From Firmicutes bacterium HGW-Firmicutes-21 (GTDB lineage: Bacteria; Bacillota; Clostridia; Oscillospirales; CAG-382): DNA of 64,000 bases. This document shows, in pieces, positions 7,959 through 16,277 of the stretch (position 1 is its first letter; each line of letters begins with the position of its first letter). The DNA lies in NCBI GenBank assembly GCA_002841455.1, contig PGZT01000001.1:15919-79918 (forward strand). The letters run 5' to 3'. Below the pieces are notes generated by a model. The model ran no database searches. It was given only the letters and a program-made list of their open reading frames with translations, and was not told the origin of the DNA. The position numbers were made by a program, and so were the translations under genes.

Positions 7959-8656
7959 ATGTCCTTTCCTCCCTCTTTAATTGTAGAGCAGGTCTTTGCG
8001 GAGGGGCATCCGGCACAGCCGATTTCCCTCCTTGCGAGCGCACCCTTTTGCAGCCTGTTTGATATGGCTATTAGCATTCCGAATACGAAGAAGCCGCCTG
8101 CCGGCAAAATGAATATAATTATCGGAGTATAAATGCTCTCCGGGAGCAGATTTACGCCGAATACACCGCCGGTGCCAAAGGTCTCACGGATTATACCCAT
8201 ACAGAGCATTGCCGCAGTAAAGCCGATACCCATTCCCAAGCCGTCCACCGCCGCAGGAATCACCGAATGCCTGGAGGCGAACAGCTCCGCTCTTCCGAGG
8301 ATAATACAGTTAACTACTATAAGCGGAAGATAAATACCGAGTGCATCGTCAATCGACGGTGCATACGCTTTTACTAAGAGCTGAACAATGGTTACAAATC
8401 CTGCGATTATGGTTATATATGCGGGTATTCTAACCGTATTGGGTATGAAACGCCGCAACAATGATATTACTATGTTGGAGCATATTAAAACAGCCGTGGC
8501 GGCGGCACCCATCCCGACGGCATTTGCCGCACCCGTTGTAACCGCAAGAGTGGGGCAGGCTCCCAAAAGCAGGCACAAAACAGGGTTCTCCTTTATTATA
8601 CCCTTATTGAATTCGTGGGAGAGTGAAGTTTTTTTGTTTGCCTTATTGTCAGTCAT
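7952..8656 (-). CDS. rnfE: Rnf complex subunit E
   Basis: 234-aa polytopic membrane protein (ENPVLCLLLGACPTLAVT). Operon position supports the call. It has a Cys-rich C-terminal tail. Confidence 0.88.
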   Translation of the reverse strand: MTDNKANKKTSLSHEFNKGIIKENPVLCLLLGACPTLAVTTGAANAVGMGAAATAVLICSNIVISLLRRFIPNTVRIPAYITIIAGFVTIVQLLVKAYAPSIDDALGIYLPLIVVNCIILGRAELFASRHSVIPAAVDGLGMGIGFTAAMLCMGIIRETFGTGGVFGVNLLPESIYTPIIIFILPAGGFFVFGMLIAISNRLQKGALARREIGCAGCPSAKTCSTIKEGGKDIC

Positions 8657-9191
8657 TTTCGCTCTCCTTTATGGTCTTATATTGTTCTATAGCTCCGTTG
8701 ACGGCTCTTGAAACCGCTCGGGAGGTTATTGTCGCACCGCTTATCGAATCTATATTTTTGCCTACCTCGGCTTTTCCCGACAACCCTCGGAATTGATCGA
8801 GGAACGACGGTCCTCCTGCGGCGGCACCCAACCCCGGTGTCTCGGAATGCTTGATAAGGTTGACTCCGCTGACCTTCCCGTCCTTGTTTATACCCACCAT
8901 AACCTGTATATCTCCGCTGTAACCGTGCTCTGTAACGGTAAACACATATCCGATGATGCCGCCGTCCGAGTTTATGCCTGTCACCGTGCTGTCGTTATAT
9001 TCCTCAAAAATTTCCGCCTCCGGCAGCACCGTTTTACGGCTGTCGGATATTCGCTGCTGTTCACGGGCGGCTATCTCTTTTTCGGTAAGATTGTCGGTCA
9101 GGGCAAGCAGAGCGGTTACCGCCGCACAGATAATAAAAAGTGTTAGCGCCGGTTTTATTATAGTTCTTAGGTCTTTTTTTGTCAGCTTCAT
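8649..9191 (-). CDS. rnfG: Rnf complex subunit G (FMN-binding)
   Basis: N-terminal TM anchor and an FMN_bind-type flavinylation motif DSISGATITSRAV. Confidence 0.9.
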   Translation of the reverse strand: MKLTKKDLRTIIKPALTLFIICAAVTALLALTDNLTEKEIAAREQQRISDSRKTVLPEAEIFEEYNDSTVTGINSDGGIIGYVFTVTEHGYSGDIQVMVGINKDGKVSGVNLIKHSETPGLGAAAGGPSFLDQFRGLSGKAEVGKNIDSISGATITSRAVSRAVNGAIEQYKTIKESEND

Positions 9192-10153
9192 ATTTTTTTA
9201 CCAGTCCTTCTCTTTGTCCCGAAGGTTTTGGGAACGGTAAGCCTGTCAATATGCGGAGTAAGTATGTTCATAAGAAGTATGGCAAAGGAAACCCCCTCGG
9301 GAAGAGCGCCGAATACACGGATTATTACCGTTATGATTCCGCATCCGATACCGAAAAATACCTTGCCCTTGCTTGACAGCGGACTTGTGGAATAATCGGT
9401 TGCCATAAAAACGGCAACGAACAGAAGCCCTCCGCTCAAAATATGAAACGGTATATTCTCTCCAAACAAAAACGCAAAAACAGCGACCGTTCCCACAAAG
9501 TAAAGCGGAATAATAGGTTTAATAACCCTTCGTACCAATAAGTACATAAACCCGATAAGGATCGCCGCCGCACAGGTCTCGCCTATGCTTCCCCGTACAA
9601 AACCCAAAAACAGATCAAGGTATGTCCATTCCCCTCCGGCAAGCGGTGTTGCCGTTGTGACGGCATCAACGACAGTGCCTGTGGTAACGGCGTCGACAGT
9701 CTCGCCCGCCCATGACCAGTCGGTCATATGCGTTGGGAAGGAAACCACCATCGCAACTCTACCTGCGATTGCGGGATTGATAAAATTCTGTCCGATACCG
9801 CCAAAGAACTGCTTTGCCACCACTATTGCGACAACACATCCGAAAAAGGCTAAAAACAAGCTTATATTTACGGGCAACGAGAGCGCAAGCAATGCTCCCG
9901 TTACGGGGGCGGAAAGGTCGCCGATGGACATATACCGTTTCATAATCCTTCTGCATATAAATTCCAAAAAAACGCAGGACGATACGCAGAAGGAAACTAT
10001 TAACAACACCCTGAAGCCGAAGATAATCGTTGAGGCGATAATGACGGGAACGAGAGCAATAAGCACATCCGACATTATTCGAGCGGTACTGTCCTTCCCT
10101 CTGAAGTGAGGAGAGGAGGAAACAAAAAGTTTTTCTGTCATATATTTTATCAC
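9188..10153 (-). CDS. rnfD: Rnf complex subunit D
   Basis: 321-aa NqrB/RnfD-type membrane protein (NFINPA, DAVTTATPLAGG flavinylation-site context). Confidence 0.9.
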   Translation of the reverse strand: MIKYMTEKLFVSSSPHFRGKDSTARIMSDVLIALVPVIIASTIIFGFRVLLIVSFCVSSCVFLEFICRRIMKRYMSIGDLSAPVTGALLALSLPVNISLFLAFFGCVVAIVVAKQFFGGIGQNFINPAIAGRVAMVVSFPTHMTDWSWAGETVDAVTTGTVVDAVTTATPLAGGEWTYLDLFLGFVRGSIGETCAAAILIGFMYLLVRRVIKPIIPLYFVGTVAVFAFLFGENIPFHILSGGLLFVAVFMATDYSTSPLSSKGKVFFGIGCGIITVIIRVFGALPEGVSFAILLMNILTPHIDRLTVPKTFGTKRRTGKKI

Positions 10154-10172
10154 ATCTCTTCCTTGTAAAAAA

Positions 10173-11510
10173 TCAGTTCTTTGTTTGTTTTAGTAATTGC
10201 TTACCCAGACGCAACGATTGTAACAGATGCCTGTTTGTCGGGCATACATAACTGCAGGAACCGCATTCTATACAGGAAATCAAATCGTATTTTTTCATTC
10301 TCTCTTTTTCTTTTTTATCCGCCGCGGCGGCAAGTATAACCGGCATTAGGCTCATCGGGCAATTGTCGATACATCTTCCGCACCTTATGCAGGGCTTGGG
10401 CTCCAACAGCTTAGCCTCCTTTTCACCGAAGGCGAGGATAGCGTTGGTTTGCTTTAATATAGGAATACTGTCGTCGCTGAGAGCGATACCCATCATAGGT
10501 CCTCCGAATAGCAGCTTTCTCGGCGGAATCGAGTACCCGCCGCAGAACTCTATTACATCCGTAATGGCTGTCCCTATCGGAACGATTACATTCTGCGGAT
10601 TTTTTATAGCGCTTCCGTCAACCGTAATCCTTTTATAAATAAGCGGCAGCCCTGTTTTTGGGTATTGTGCGAGGAAGGCGACGCTTGTTACATTCATTAC
10701 CAAGCACCCTACATCGGAGGGCAGCTTCCCCGGCGGTATTCTCCGCCCTGTACACGCCTGTACAAGCATTTTTTCCGCTCCCTGCGGATAATCCGATTTC
10801 AAGGTCAAGACCCTTATCTCGTCTAAGGGATCATGCTGCTCGTTGTCCGCTATGGATTGTAACAGCTTTATGGCGGTCGGCTTGTTGCTCTCCACTCCGA
10901 TAATGACACGGCGAATACCGAGCAGCTCCTTTATTGCGTATATTCCCGACATTACGCTCCAGGAATTCTCAAGTATCTCCCGATTATCGCTGGTTATGTA
11001 AGGCTCGCATTCCGCACCGTTTATAAGCAGAGTGTCTATCTCTCTGTCAGGCGGAATCCTCAATTTCACATGAGCGGGGAAGCCGGCACCGCCCAGACCG
11101 ACAAGGCCGCTTGCCCGTACCGCTTCCAGAAACTTCTCCATCGTTCCTACATCGGGGGGATTACATTCGATCTGCTCCATAAGCCCGTCCGACTGTATAA
11201 CGACACTGGGTACGCTTACTCCGGACGGCAGAACAACATCGCCTATCTCCTTAACAATTCCCGAAATGGAGGAATGAATGGGTGCGGAGACAAATGCGCT
11301 TGTGTCGCCGACAACCTGTCCCGCCAAAACTCTTTGCCCGACCTCGACGGTTGGAATGCAGGGCGCACCGATATGCTGAAGCATGGGAATGTTCACGCTC
11401 TGAGGAGGGGGCATTACAACCGATTGCTCCAGTGCGGTATTTTTGTTGTGCGGAATATGGATTCCGCCCCTTGTTTTAAATGGTTTTTTTGGGAACGCTA
11501 ATTTTTTCAT
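10173..11510 (-). CDS. rnfC: Rnf complex subunit C
   Basis: 445 aa. Contains GLGGAGFP and two 4Fe-4S motifs (CIRCGRCIDNCP and CIECGSCSYVCP). Confidence 0.92.
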   Translation of the reverse strand: MKKLAFPKKPFKTRGGIHIPHNKNTALEQSVVMPPPQSVNIPMLQHIGAPCIPTVEVGQRVLAGQVVGDTSAFVSAPIHSSISGIVKEIGDVVLPSGVSVPSVVIQSDGLMEQIECNPPDVGTMEKFLEAVRASGLVGLGGAGFPAHVKLRIPPDREIDTLLINGAECEPYITSDNREILENSWSVMSGIYAIKELLGIRRVIIGVESNKPTAIKLLQSIADNEQHDPLDEIRVLTLKSDYPQGAEKMLVQACTGRRIPPGKLPSDVGCLVMNVTSVAFLAQYPKTGLPLIYKRITVDGSAIKNPQNVIVPIGTAITDVIEFCGGYSIPPRKLLFGGPMMGIALSDDSIPILKQTNAILAFGEKEAKLLEPKPCIRCGRCIDNCPMSLMPVILAAAADKKEKERMKKYDLISCIECGSCSYVCPTNRHLLQSLRLGKQLLKQTKN

Positions 11511-12010
11511 CCCGACCTCCGTTTTTCGGTTACCGTAATTAAAAGATACAGTATAACTCCCGTAGCACTTCCCGTGGCTACCGACGCCGCAATCAGGAAG
11601 GGCAGATAATAGAACACTCCGTCGTTTGTTATAACCGCCGCAATGAGCAGCTGAGCCGTGTTGTGCGCAATCGCTGCGGTTACACCTATTCCGATATACC
11701 CGATTTTTCCGTTTTTGCGGTTTAATAATATCGCTGCGATAACGGTGCTGACAAAGCCGCCCGAAAGGCTCATAAAAAAGGCTGTTGCCCCTCGTGTAAC
11801 GAGAACAAATAAGGACTTTAGAATAACAATTGCAAGCGCATTATAGACGGATAGGGTTTTTGCGGTGTACATTGTGACTATGTTAGACAAGCCAAGCTTT
11901 GCTCCGGGGGGCATAAAAGCCATTGACGGCAGCAACCCCTCCGCTGCCGAAACGGCAACCGCAAGTGCGGCAAGCAATGCGTTCAGCGTTAATTTGTTCA
12001 GCTTTTTCAT
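11507..12010 (-). CDS. Gx transporter family protein (heptaprenyl diphosphate synthase component I-like membrane protein)
   Basis: 167-aa polytopic protein (LNALLAALAVAVSAAEGLLP..., GAKLGLSNIV). Its stop overlaps the rnfC start by 4 nt, suggesting translational coupling. Confidence 0.75.
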   Translation of the reverse strand: MKKLNKLTLNALLAALAVAVSAAEGLLPSMAFMPPGAKLGLSNIVTMYTAKTLSVYNALAIVILKSLFVLVTRGATAFFMSLSGGFVSTVIAAILLNRKNGKIGYIGIGVTAAIAHNTAQLLIAAVITNDGVFYYLPFLIAASVATGSATGVILYLLITVTEKRRSG

Positions 12011-12120
12011 TATCCGTACCTTTCGGATTAATTGCTTTTTATCTATTGAAGTTTTTCATTTATCCTTATATAGCTTGCAGCGGAAAATTACATTGTAAAA
12101 CATACAAAGAATTTTCTACT

Positions 12121-12149
12121 AACAGGTTAAAACTCTGTTTTAACCTGTT
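12121..12149. other. Perfect 13-bp hairpin overlapping the stop codon of the NusG-II gene (possible terminator or processing site)
   Basis: aacaggttaaaac-tct-gttttaacctgtt. No clear T-run follows on either strand. Confidence 0.4.
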
Positions 12150-12499
12150 ATCCCATCAAACTCCGCCTTTTCTCCCTCTATCCTAATGCTTACCCGAAGC
12201 GGCAGGCAGACAACCGTTTGACCGACTCTGTTGATTTTTCCGCTTCTTACGCAGATTTTATCCTTACAATCGGAATGGGCAAAATAAGCACCGTACTTGT
12301 CTATTACAACCGTGGTTCCGTTAATATGGATTCTCTGCTCCTCGTCGTCGGCAAACGCCATAAATTCAATTTCAGCGTATTTATAGCCGTCGTAATCTAT
12401 CTGTACACGGCTGCCCTCACCCTTGTCGTTGTATATATAAATACCGGCCGCCGCACCTAAAAGACAAATGATAATAATAATGTCCCGCAGCTTTATCAT
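12140..12499 (-). CDS. NusG domain II-containing (DUF1312-like) membrane-anchored protein
   Basis: 119 aa with an N-terminal TM helix (IIIIICLLGAAAGIYIY) followed by a beta-rich domain. It overlaps the apbE stop by 4 nt. Confidence 0.65.
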   Translation of the reverse strand: MIKLRDIIIIICLLGAAAGIYIYNDKGEGSRVQIDYDGYKYAEIEFMAFADDEEQRIHINGTTVVIDKYGAYFAHSDCKDKICVRSGKINRVGQTVVCLPLRVSIRIEGEKAEFDGITG

Positions 12500-13506
12500 A
12501 TATAAATAACCTCAAAATCCGCATAAACGGTTGTGATAAACCGCAGTCCCTGTGTTATAACGACTTTTTTATCGTTGGTAACAAAAACAGCTTCCGCTCC
12601 GTACTGTTTAAGCAGAGACAGGCTGTCGTCTATACCCAGAGCAAAGCATGCGGTGGACAGCATATCGCTTAGCATACCGTTGTCGCAGACCACGCTCACC
12701 GAGACAAGCTCGTTTTCCACGGGATACCCTGTTTTTGAATTAAAAATATGGTGATAAACCTTGTTTTCCTCAACGAAATACTTCTCGTAGCTGCCCGAGG
12801 TGGAAACAAAGCCCGACGCTAACTTTATCCCCGCAAAAATGTCGGATACGGCGGCGGAGAAAGGGTCCCTGATGCCGACAAGGAAGTTATCACCGTCCGG
12901 CTTTTTTCCGTTAACTCCGATACTTCCGCCAACCGCAATTATACCGCTTACTCCTACTTCTTTGTACGCTTCGACGGCAAGGTCGCAGGCATAACCCTTT
13001 CCCACCGAGCCGAGGTCAAGCCATACTCCGCCGTTCAAGGTCACGGTATTGTTGTCTCCAAAAATAATATTTTCGTATCCGGTTGACTGTAATGCTGTTA
13101 TTATGTAATCTTGATTGGGAACAGAGGGGCTTTCTCCCTCGATGTCCCATAAATCGGTCAGCGAAAGCAGAGAAATGTCAAAAATCCCGTTTGTAACACC
13201 GCAAAATTCGACAACGCTATACAATATGTTGTATGTTTGTGTATCGAATACTGCTGTTTTTTCCTTATTTAGTAATGATATATAGGAATTATCGATTCTG
13301 ATGGAAATATTCGCGTCGGCTTGAGTGATGTCCGATTTTACGGACTCCAAAAGGGTGTTTTCTGCGTTATATACCGTTTGCGTAATATATGAGCCCATTG
13401 CAAAAAAACTGTCTGTTTGCTTTTTAGCGCCGCATCCGCCGAGCGTAACGGGTATCACCGCTGCTAAGATAAGCAATAAAATTATAGCCGCTCTGCTTGC
13501 CCTCAT
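12496..13506 (-). CDS. apbE: FAD:protein FMN transferase (ApbE family lipoprotein)
   Basis: 336 aa. Lipobox LGGCG, then FAMGSYITQTVY and GSVGKGYACD, typical of ApbE. Confidence 0.9.
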   Translation of the reverse strand: MRASRAAIILLLILAAVIPVTLGGCGAKKQTDSFFAMGSYITQTVYNAENTLLESVKSDITQADANISIRIDNSYISLLNKEKTAVFDTQTYNILYSVVEFCGVTNGIFDISLLSLTDLWDIEGESPSVPNQDYIITALQSTGYENIIFGDNNTVTLNGGVWLDLGSVGKGYACDLAVEAYKEVGVSGIIAVGGSIGVNGKKPDGDNFLVGIRDPFSAAVSDIFAGIKLASGFVSTSGSYEKYFVEENKVYHHIFNSKTGYPVENELVSVSVVCDNGMLSDMLSTACFALGIDDSLSLLKQYGAEAVFVTNDKKVVITQGLRFITTVYADFEVIYI

Positions 13507-13707
13507 ATGCTCAACTCCGATAAAACAATTTTATTAATCTATATATAATATCACTAAACATTATTTATTTCAATACACAAGACCCTATATAATTCTGAAA
13601 AGATAAAAATTCGGTCCGGTTTATTTTGGTTTTTTATTAAAAAGGGGTTGTGTTTTGTTGTATATTAGTAGTACAATAAACACAGTTTAAAAAGGAGTAT
13701 TGTGAAA

Positions 13708-15114
13708 ATGATGAACATAAGACTCTCGGAGGGTATAAATACAGGCGCAATCTGCGACTTTATAAACGGCTGTTACCAAAACGGCACCAATATCCGCACC
13801 TTCGGTATAGTCAGGGATAACAATCTTTTAGCGGCTGCCGCAATCGAGCCTTATTCGTTTTCCGACAAGGTGCTTGTTTATTCGCTGTCCAAATCCTTCA
13901 CCTCGGTGTGTGTCGGTATCGCACAATCCGAGGGGCTGCTTAATATCGATGAACGCATTATCGACATTTTTCCCGATAAATGCCCCGCGGTTATAAGTGA
14001 AAATCTTTCAAAAATGCGTATAAAAGACTGTCTTTGCATGACAAGCGGTCATTCCGTTTGCTGTATGAATACGATTACATTTACCTCCGATCCGATAAAA
14101 TCCTTTCTCTCACAGCCGGTTGAACACACCCCGGGAACGACCTTTGTATACAGCACCGCAGCCACCTATATATGCGGCTCCGTCATTGAACGCAGGAGCG
14201 GAATGCTGTTGATTGATTACCTTTATGAGAAGGTCCTGCAAAAAATGGATATAGAAAAGCCGTTATGGATGCGTTGTGCGGACGGAAGCTGCAAGGGCGG
14301 CACCGGGCTTATCATCTCGGGTGAGGACGTAACCAAGTTCGGCATAATGCTCAGGGACGGCGGTGTTTTCGGCGGAAAACGGATTGTCCCGGAGGAATGG
14401 ATAAAAACCGCATCAAGTATTCACTCAAGAGCGCCGGAGAACGGCACTCCGGACTGGACGGCAGGCTACGGCTATCAGTTCTGGATGAACGCAAGGGAGG
14501 GCTACAGAGGGGACGGCGCATACGGGCAGCTATGTATGATCCTTCCAAAGCGGAATATGGTTTTTACCATGCTGTGCGAATCCGTGAATATGCAAAAAGA
14601 GGTTGAGCTTGTCTATAGCCTGCTCGATGATATCGAAAAAGCCGATAACTCAAGACTGGACGAGCTGACAGAGCTTACAAAAACCCTTTATAAACCGCAA
14701 AAATGCCTTTCATCACTTCAAAAAACCTGTTTTAAGCTTGAGAAGAATATAGCGGCAATTAACACCGTTACCCTTGAACGGTGCGAGGACTCCTTAACAA
14801 TTACTCTCGACTGCGAATACGGAACAGAGAAGATAGTGTGCGGAAACGGTTATTATATAAAAAACAGCGTTTTTTTGCAAAATCTAAACCCCCTGATTTA
14901 CACAGGTTATATATACGAACAGCCGGAGGAGATTAGCTTATTCGCTTCGTTTTCCACAGATGAAAACGGAATAGCCGTAACTCTGCGGCATATCGGCACT
15001 CCTCATGTGCAGGTATGGACCTTCCCGAGGGGCAAAACCGGAGAGTGGAGAATATCACTCCGAACCGGTACGCTTAACGAACGGATAAGGAGAACCTCGC
15101 TCGTCGGTTGTTAG
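13708..15114 (+). CDS. Serine hydrolase, beta-lactamase-related family
   Basis: SxxK motif in YSLSKSFTS and a beta-lactamase-like N-terminal half. The ATG at 13708 lies 10 nt after the AAAGGAG RBS. The track ORF starts at a GTG at 13702. Confidence 0.8.
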   Translation: MMNIRLSEGINTGAICDFINGCYQNGTNIRTFGIVRDNNLLAAAAIEPYSFSDKVLVYSLSKSFTSVCVGIAQSEGLLNIDERIIDIFPDKCPAVISENLSKMRIKDCLCMTSGHSVCCMNTITFTSDPIKSFLSQPVEHTPGTTFVYSTAATYICGSVIERRSGMLLIDYLYEKVLQKMDIEKPLWMRCADGSCKGGTGLIISGEDVTKFGIMLRDGGVFGGKRIVPEEWIKTASSIHSRAPENGTPDWTAGYGYQFWMNAREGYRGDGAYGQLCMILPKRNMVFTMLCESVNMQKEVELVYSLLDDIEKADNSRLDELTELTKTLYKPQKCLSSLQKTCFKLEKNIAAINTVTLERCEDSLTITLDCEYGTEKIVCGNGYYIKNSVFLQNLNPLIYTGYIYEQPEEISLFASFSTDENGIAVTLRHIGTPHVQVWTFPRGKTGEWRISLRTGTLNERIRRTSLVGC

Positions 15115-15130
15115 CTCATCCGAAAAAACG

Positions 15131-15168
15131 AACACGGTAATAGCGGAATTATCTGCTCTTTACCGTGT
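15131..15168. terminator. Bidirectional terminator-like hairpin between convergent genes
   Basis: aacacggtaa (15131-15140) pairs with ttaccgtgtt (15159-15168). It has an A-rich 5' flank and a T-rich 3' flank. Confidence 0.55.
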
Positions 15169-15169
15169 T

Positions 15170-15652
15170 TTATTTATGGTATTTTTTACCCGAAATGATT
15201 GTAAACGCTCTGTAAACCTGCTCAGCAAGAATGGGACGCATAAGCCGATGCGGGAAGGTCATGCCCGACATGGACAGCAAAAAATCACATTCCTTTTTAA
15301 ATGCTTCGTCCAATCCGTGGCTGCTGCCTATTATAAATGCAATTTCGGAGCAAGCCTGTAATTTATCGTTTATAAGAGAGGAAAAGCCCTCGCTTGCGAG
15401 CCTTTTCCCTTCAATACAGAGGGCTATTTTAAAGCACTTCTTGGGCAGCTTTTGTCTTATCCGCTCCGCCTCGTTTTTTAGCGACCTTTCTATCAAGGCG
15501 GCATTCTCCTCGTTTTCGGGGAGCCGCTCCTCCTTAATCGCAATGGTAGTATATGTACAAAACGGCTGAAGCCGTTTTATATATTCGTTTTCCGCCTGTG
15601 TCAGGTAATCCGCCTTGGACTCCCCGACATGAAGAACATAAATATTAGGCAT
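15170..15652 (-). CDS. rlmH: 23S rRNA (pseudouridine1915-N3)-methyltransferase
   Basis: 160-aa SPOUT-type protein with FIIGSSHGL and LSMSGMTFPHRLMR, typical of RlmH. Confidence 0.9.
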   Translation of the reverse strand: MPNIYVLHVGESKADYLTQAENEYIKRLQPFCTYTTIAIKEERLPENEENAALIERSLKNEAERIRQKLPKKCFKIALCIEGKRLASEGFSSLINDKLQACSEIAFIIGSSHGLDEAFKKECDFLLSMSGMTFPHRLMRPILAEQVYRAFTIISGKKYHK

Positions 15653-15694
15653 ATACTACCTCCAGACCGTCAAACAGCTTTTTTCAAAACGGAT

Positions 15695-16261
15695 TTATCT
15701 TTTCCTTTTCTTTACCGAGAAGCCAAAGGAGCCTATCTTTTTACCGAGTGCAAAATAGGACCCATGCGAATAGGCTAAGAGCCCCGCTTTTTCCAACCGC
15801 AGCTTCCCTGTGTCGTCCAAAAGATTCTCGTCAACACCGACCGAAACAATATCGGCGATAAACATATCATGCGAGCCGAGCGGAATAATATCGGTTACCT
15901 TGCATTCTATGGTAACGGGACATTCCGCAATCGAAGGGCAGGAGACCTCCTTGGACTTTTCCGGCGTAATTTCAAGAATTGCGAACTTGTCCAGCTCTTT
16001 TCCGCTCTTAACTCCGCAAAAATCAACTATCCGCACAAGCCTTGAGCTTGGCAGATTAATGCAGAACTCTCTGCTCTTTGTTATAAGCTCGTGGGTAAGC
16101 CTTGACGGACGCACCGACACATAGGTTTTTGCGGGGCTTGTACTCAGGATACCTGTCCACGCAATTGTGCATACATCCTGCTTTTCGCCGTCGGCGCTTG
16201 TTACCAATACTGCGGGAACGGGGGAGAGCAACGCTCCGCCCTTCCAGTTTATTTTAGCCAT
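15695..16261 (-). CDS. Flavin reductase family protein (FMN-binding split barrel)
   Basis: 188 aa. The pattern VPAVLVTS...NLPS...CGVKSG is typical of flavin reductase-like domain proteins. Confidence 0.8.
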   Translation of the reverse strand: MAKINWKGGALLSPVPAVLVTSADGEKQDVCTIAWTGILSTSPAKTYVSVRPSRLTHELITKSREFCINLPSSRLVRIVDFCGVKSGKELDKFAILEITPEKSKEVSCPSIAECPVTIECKVTDIIPLGSHDMFIADIVSVGVDENLLDDTGKLRLEKAGLLAYSHGSYFALGKKIGSFGFSVKKRKR

Positions 16262-16277
16262 TTTCCATATTCTCCTC

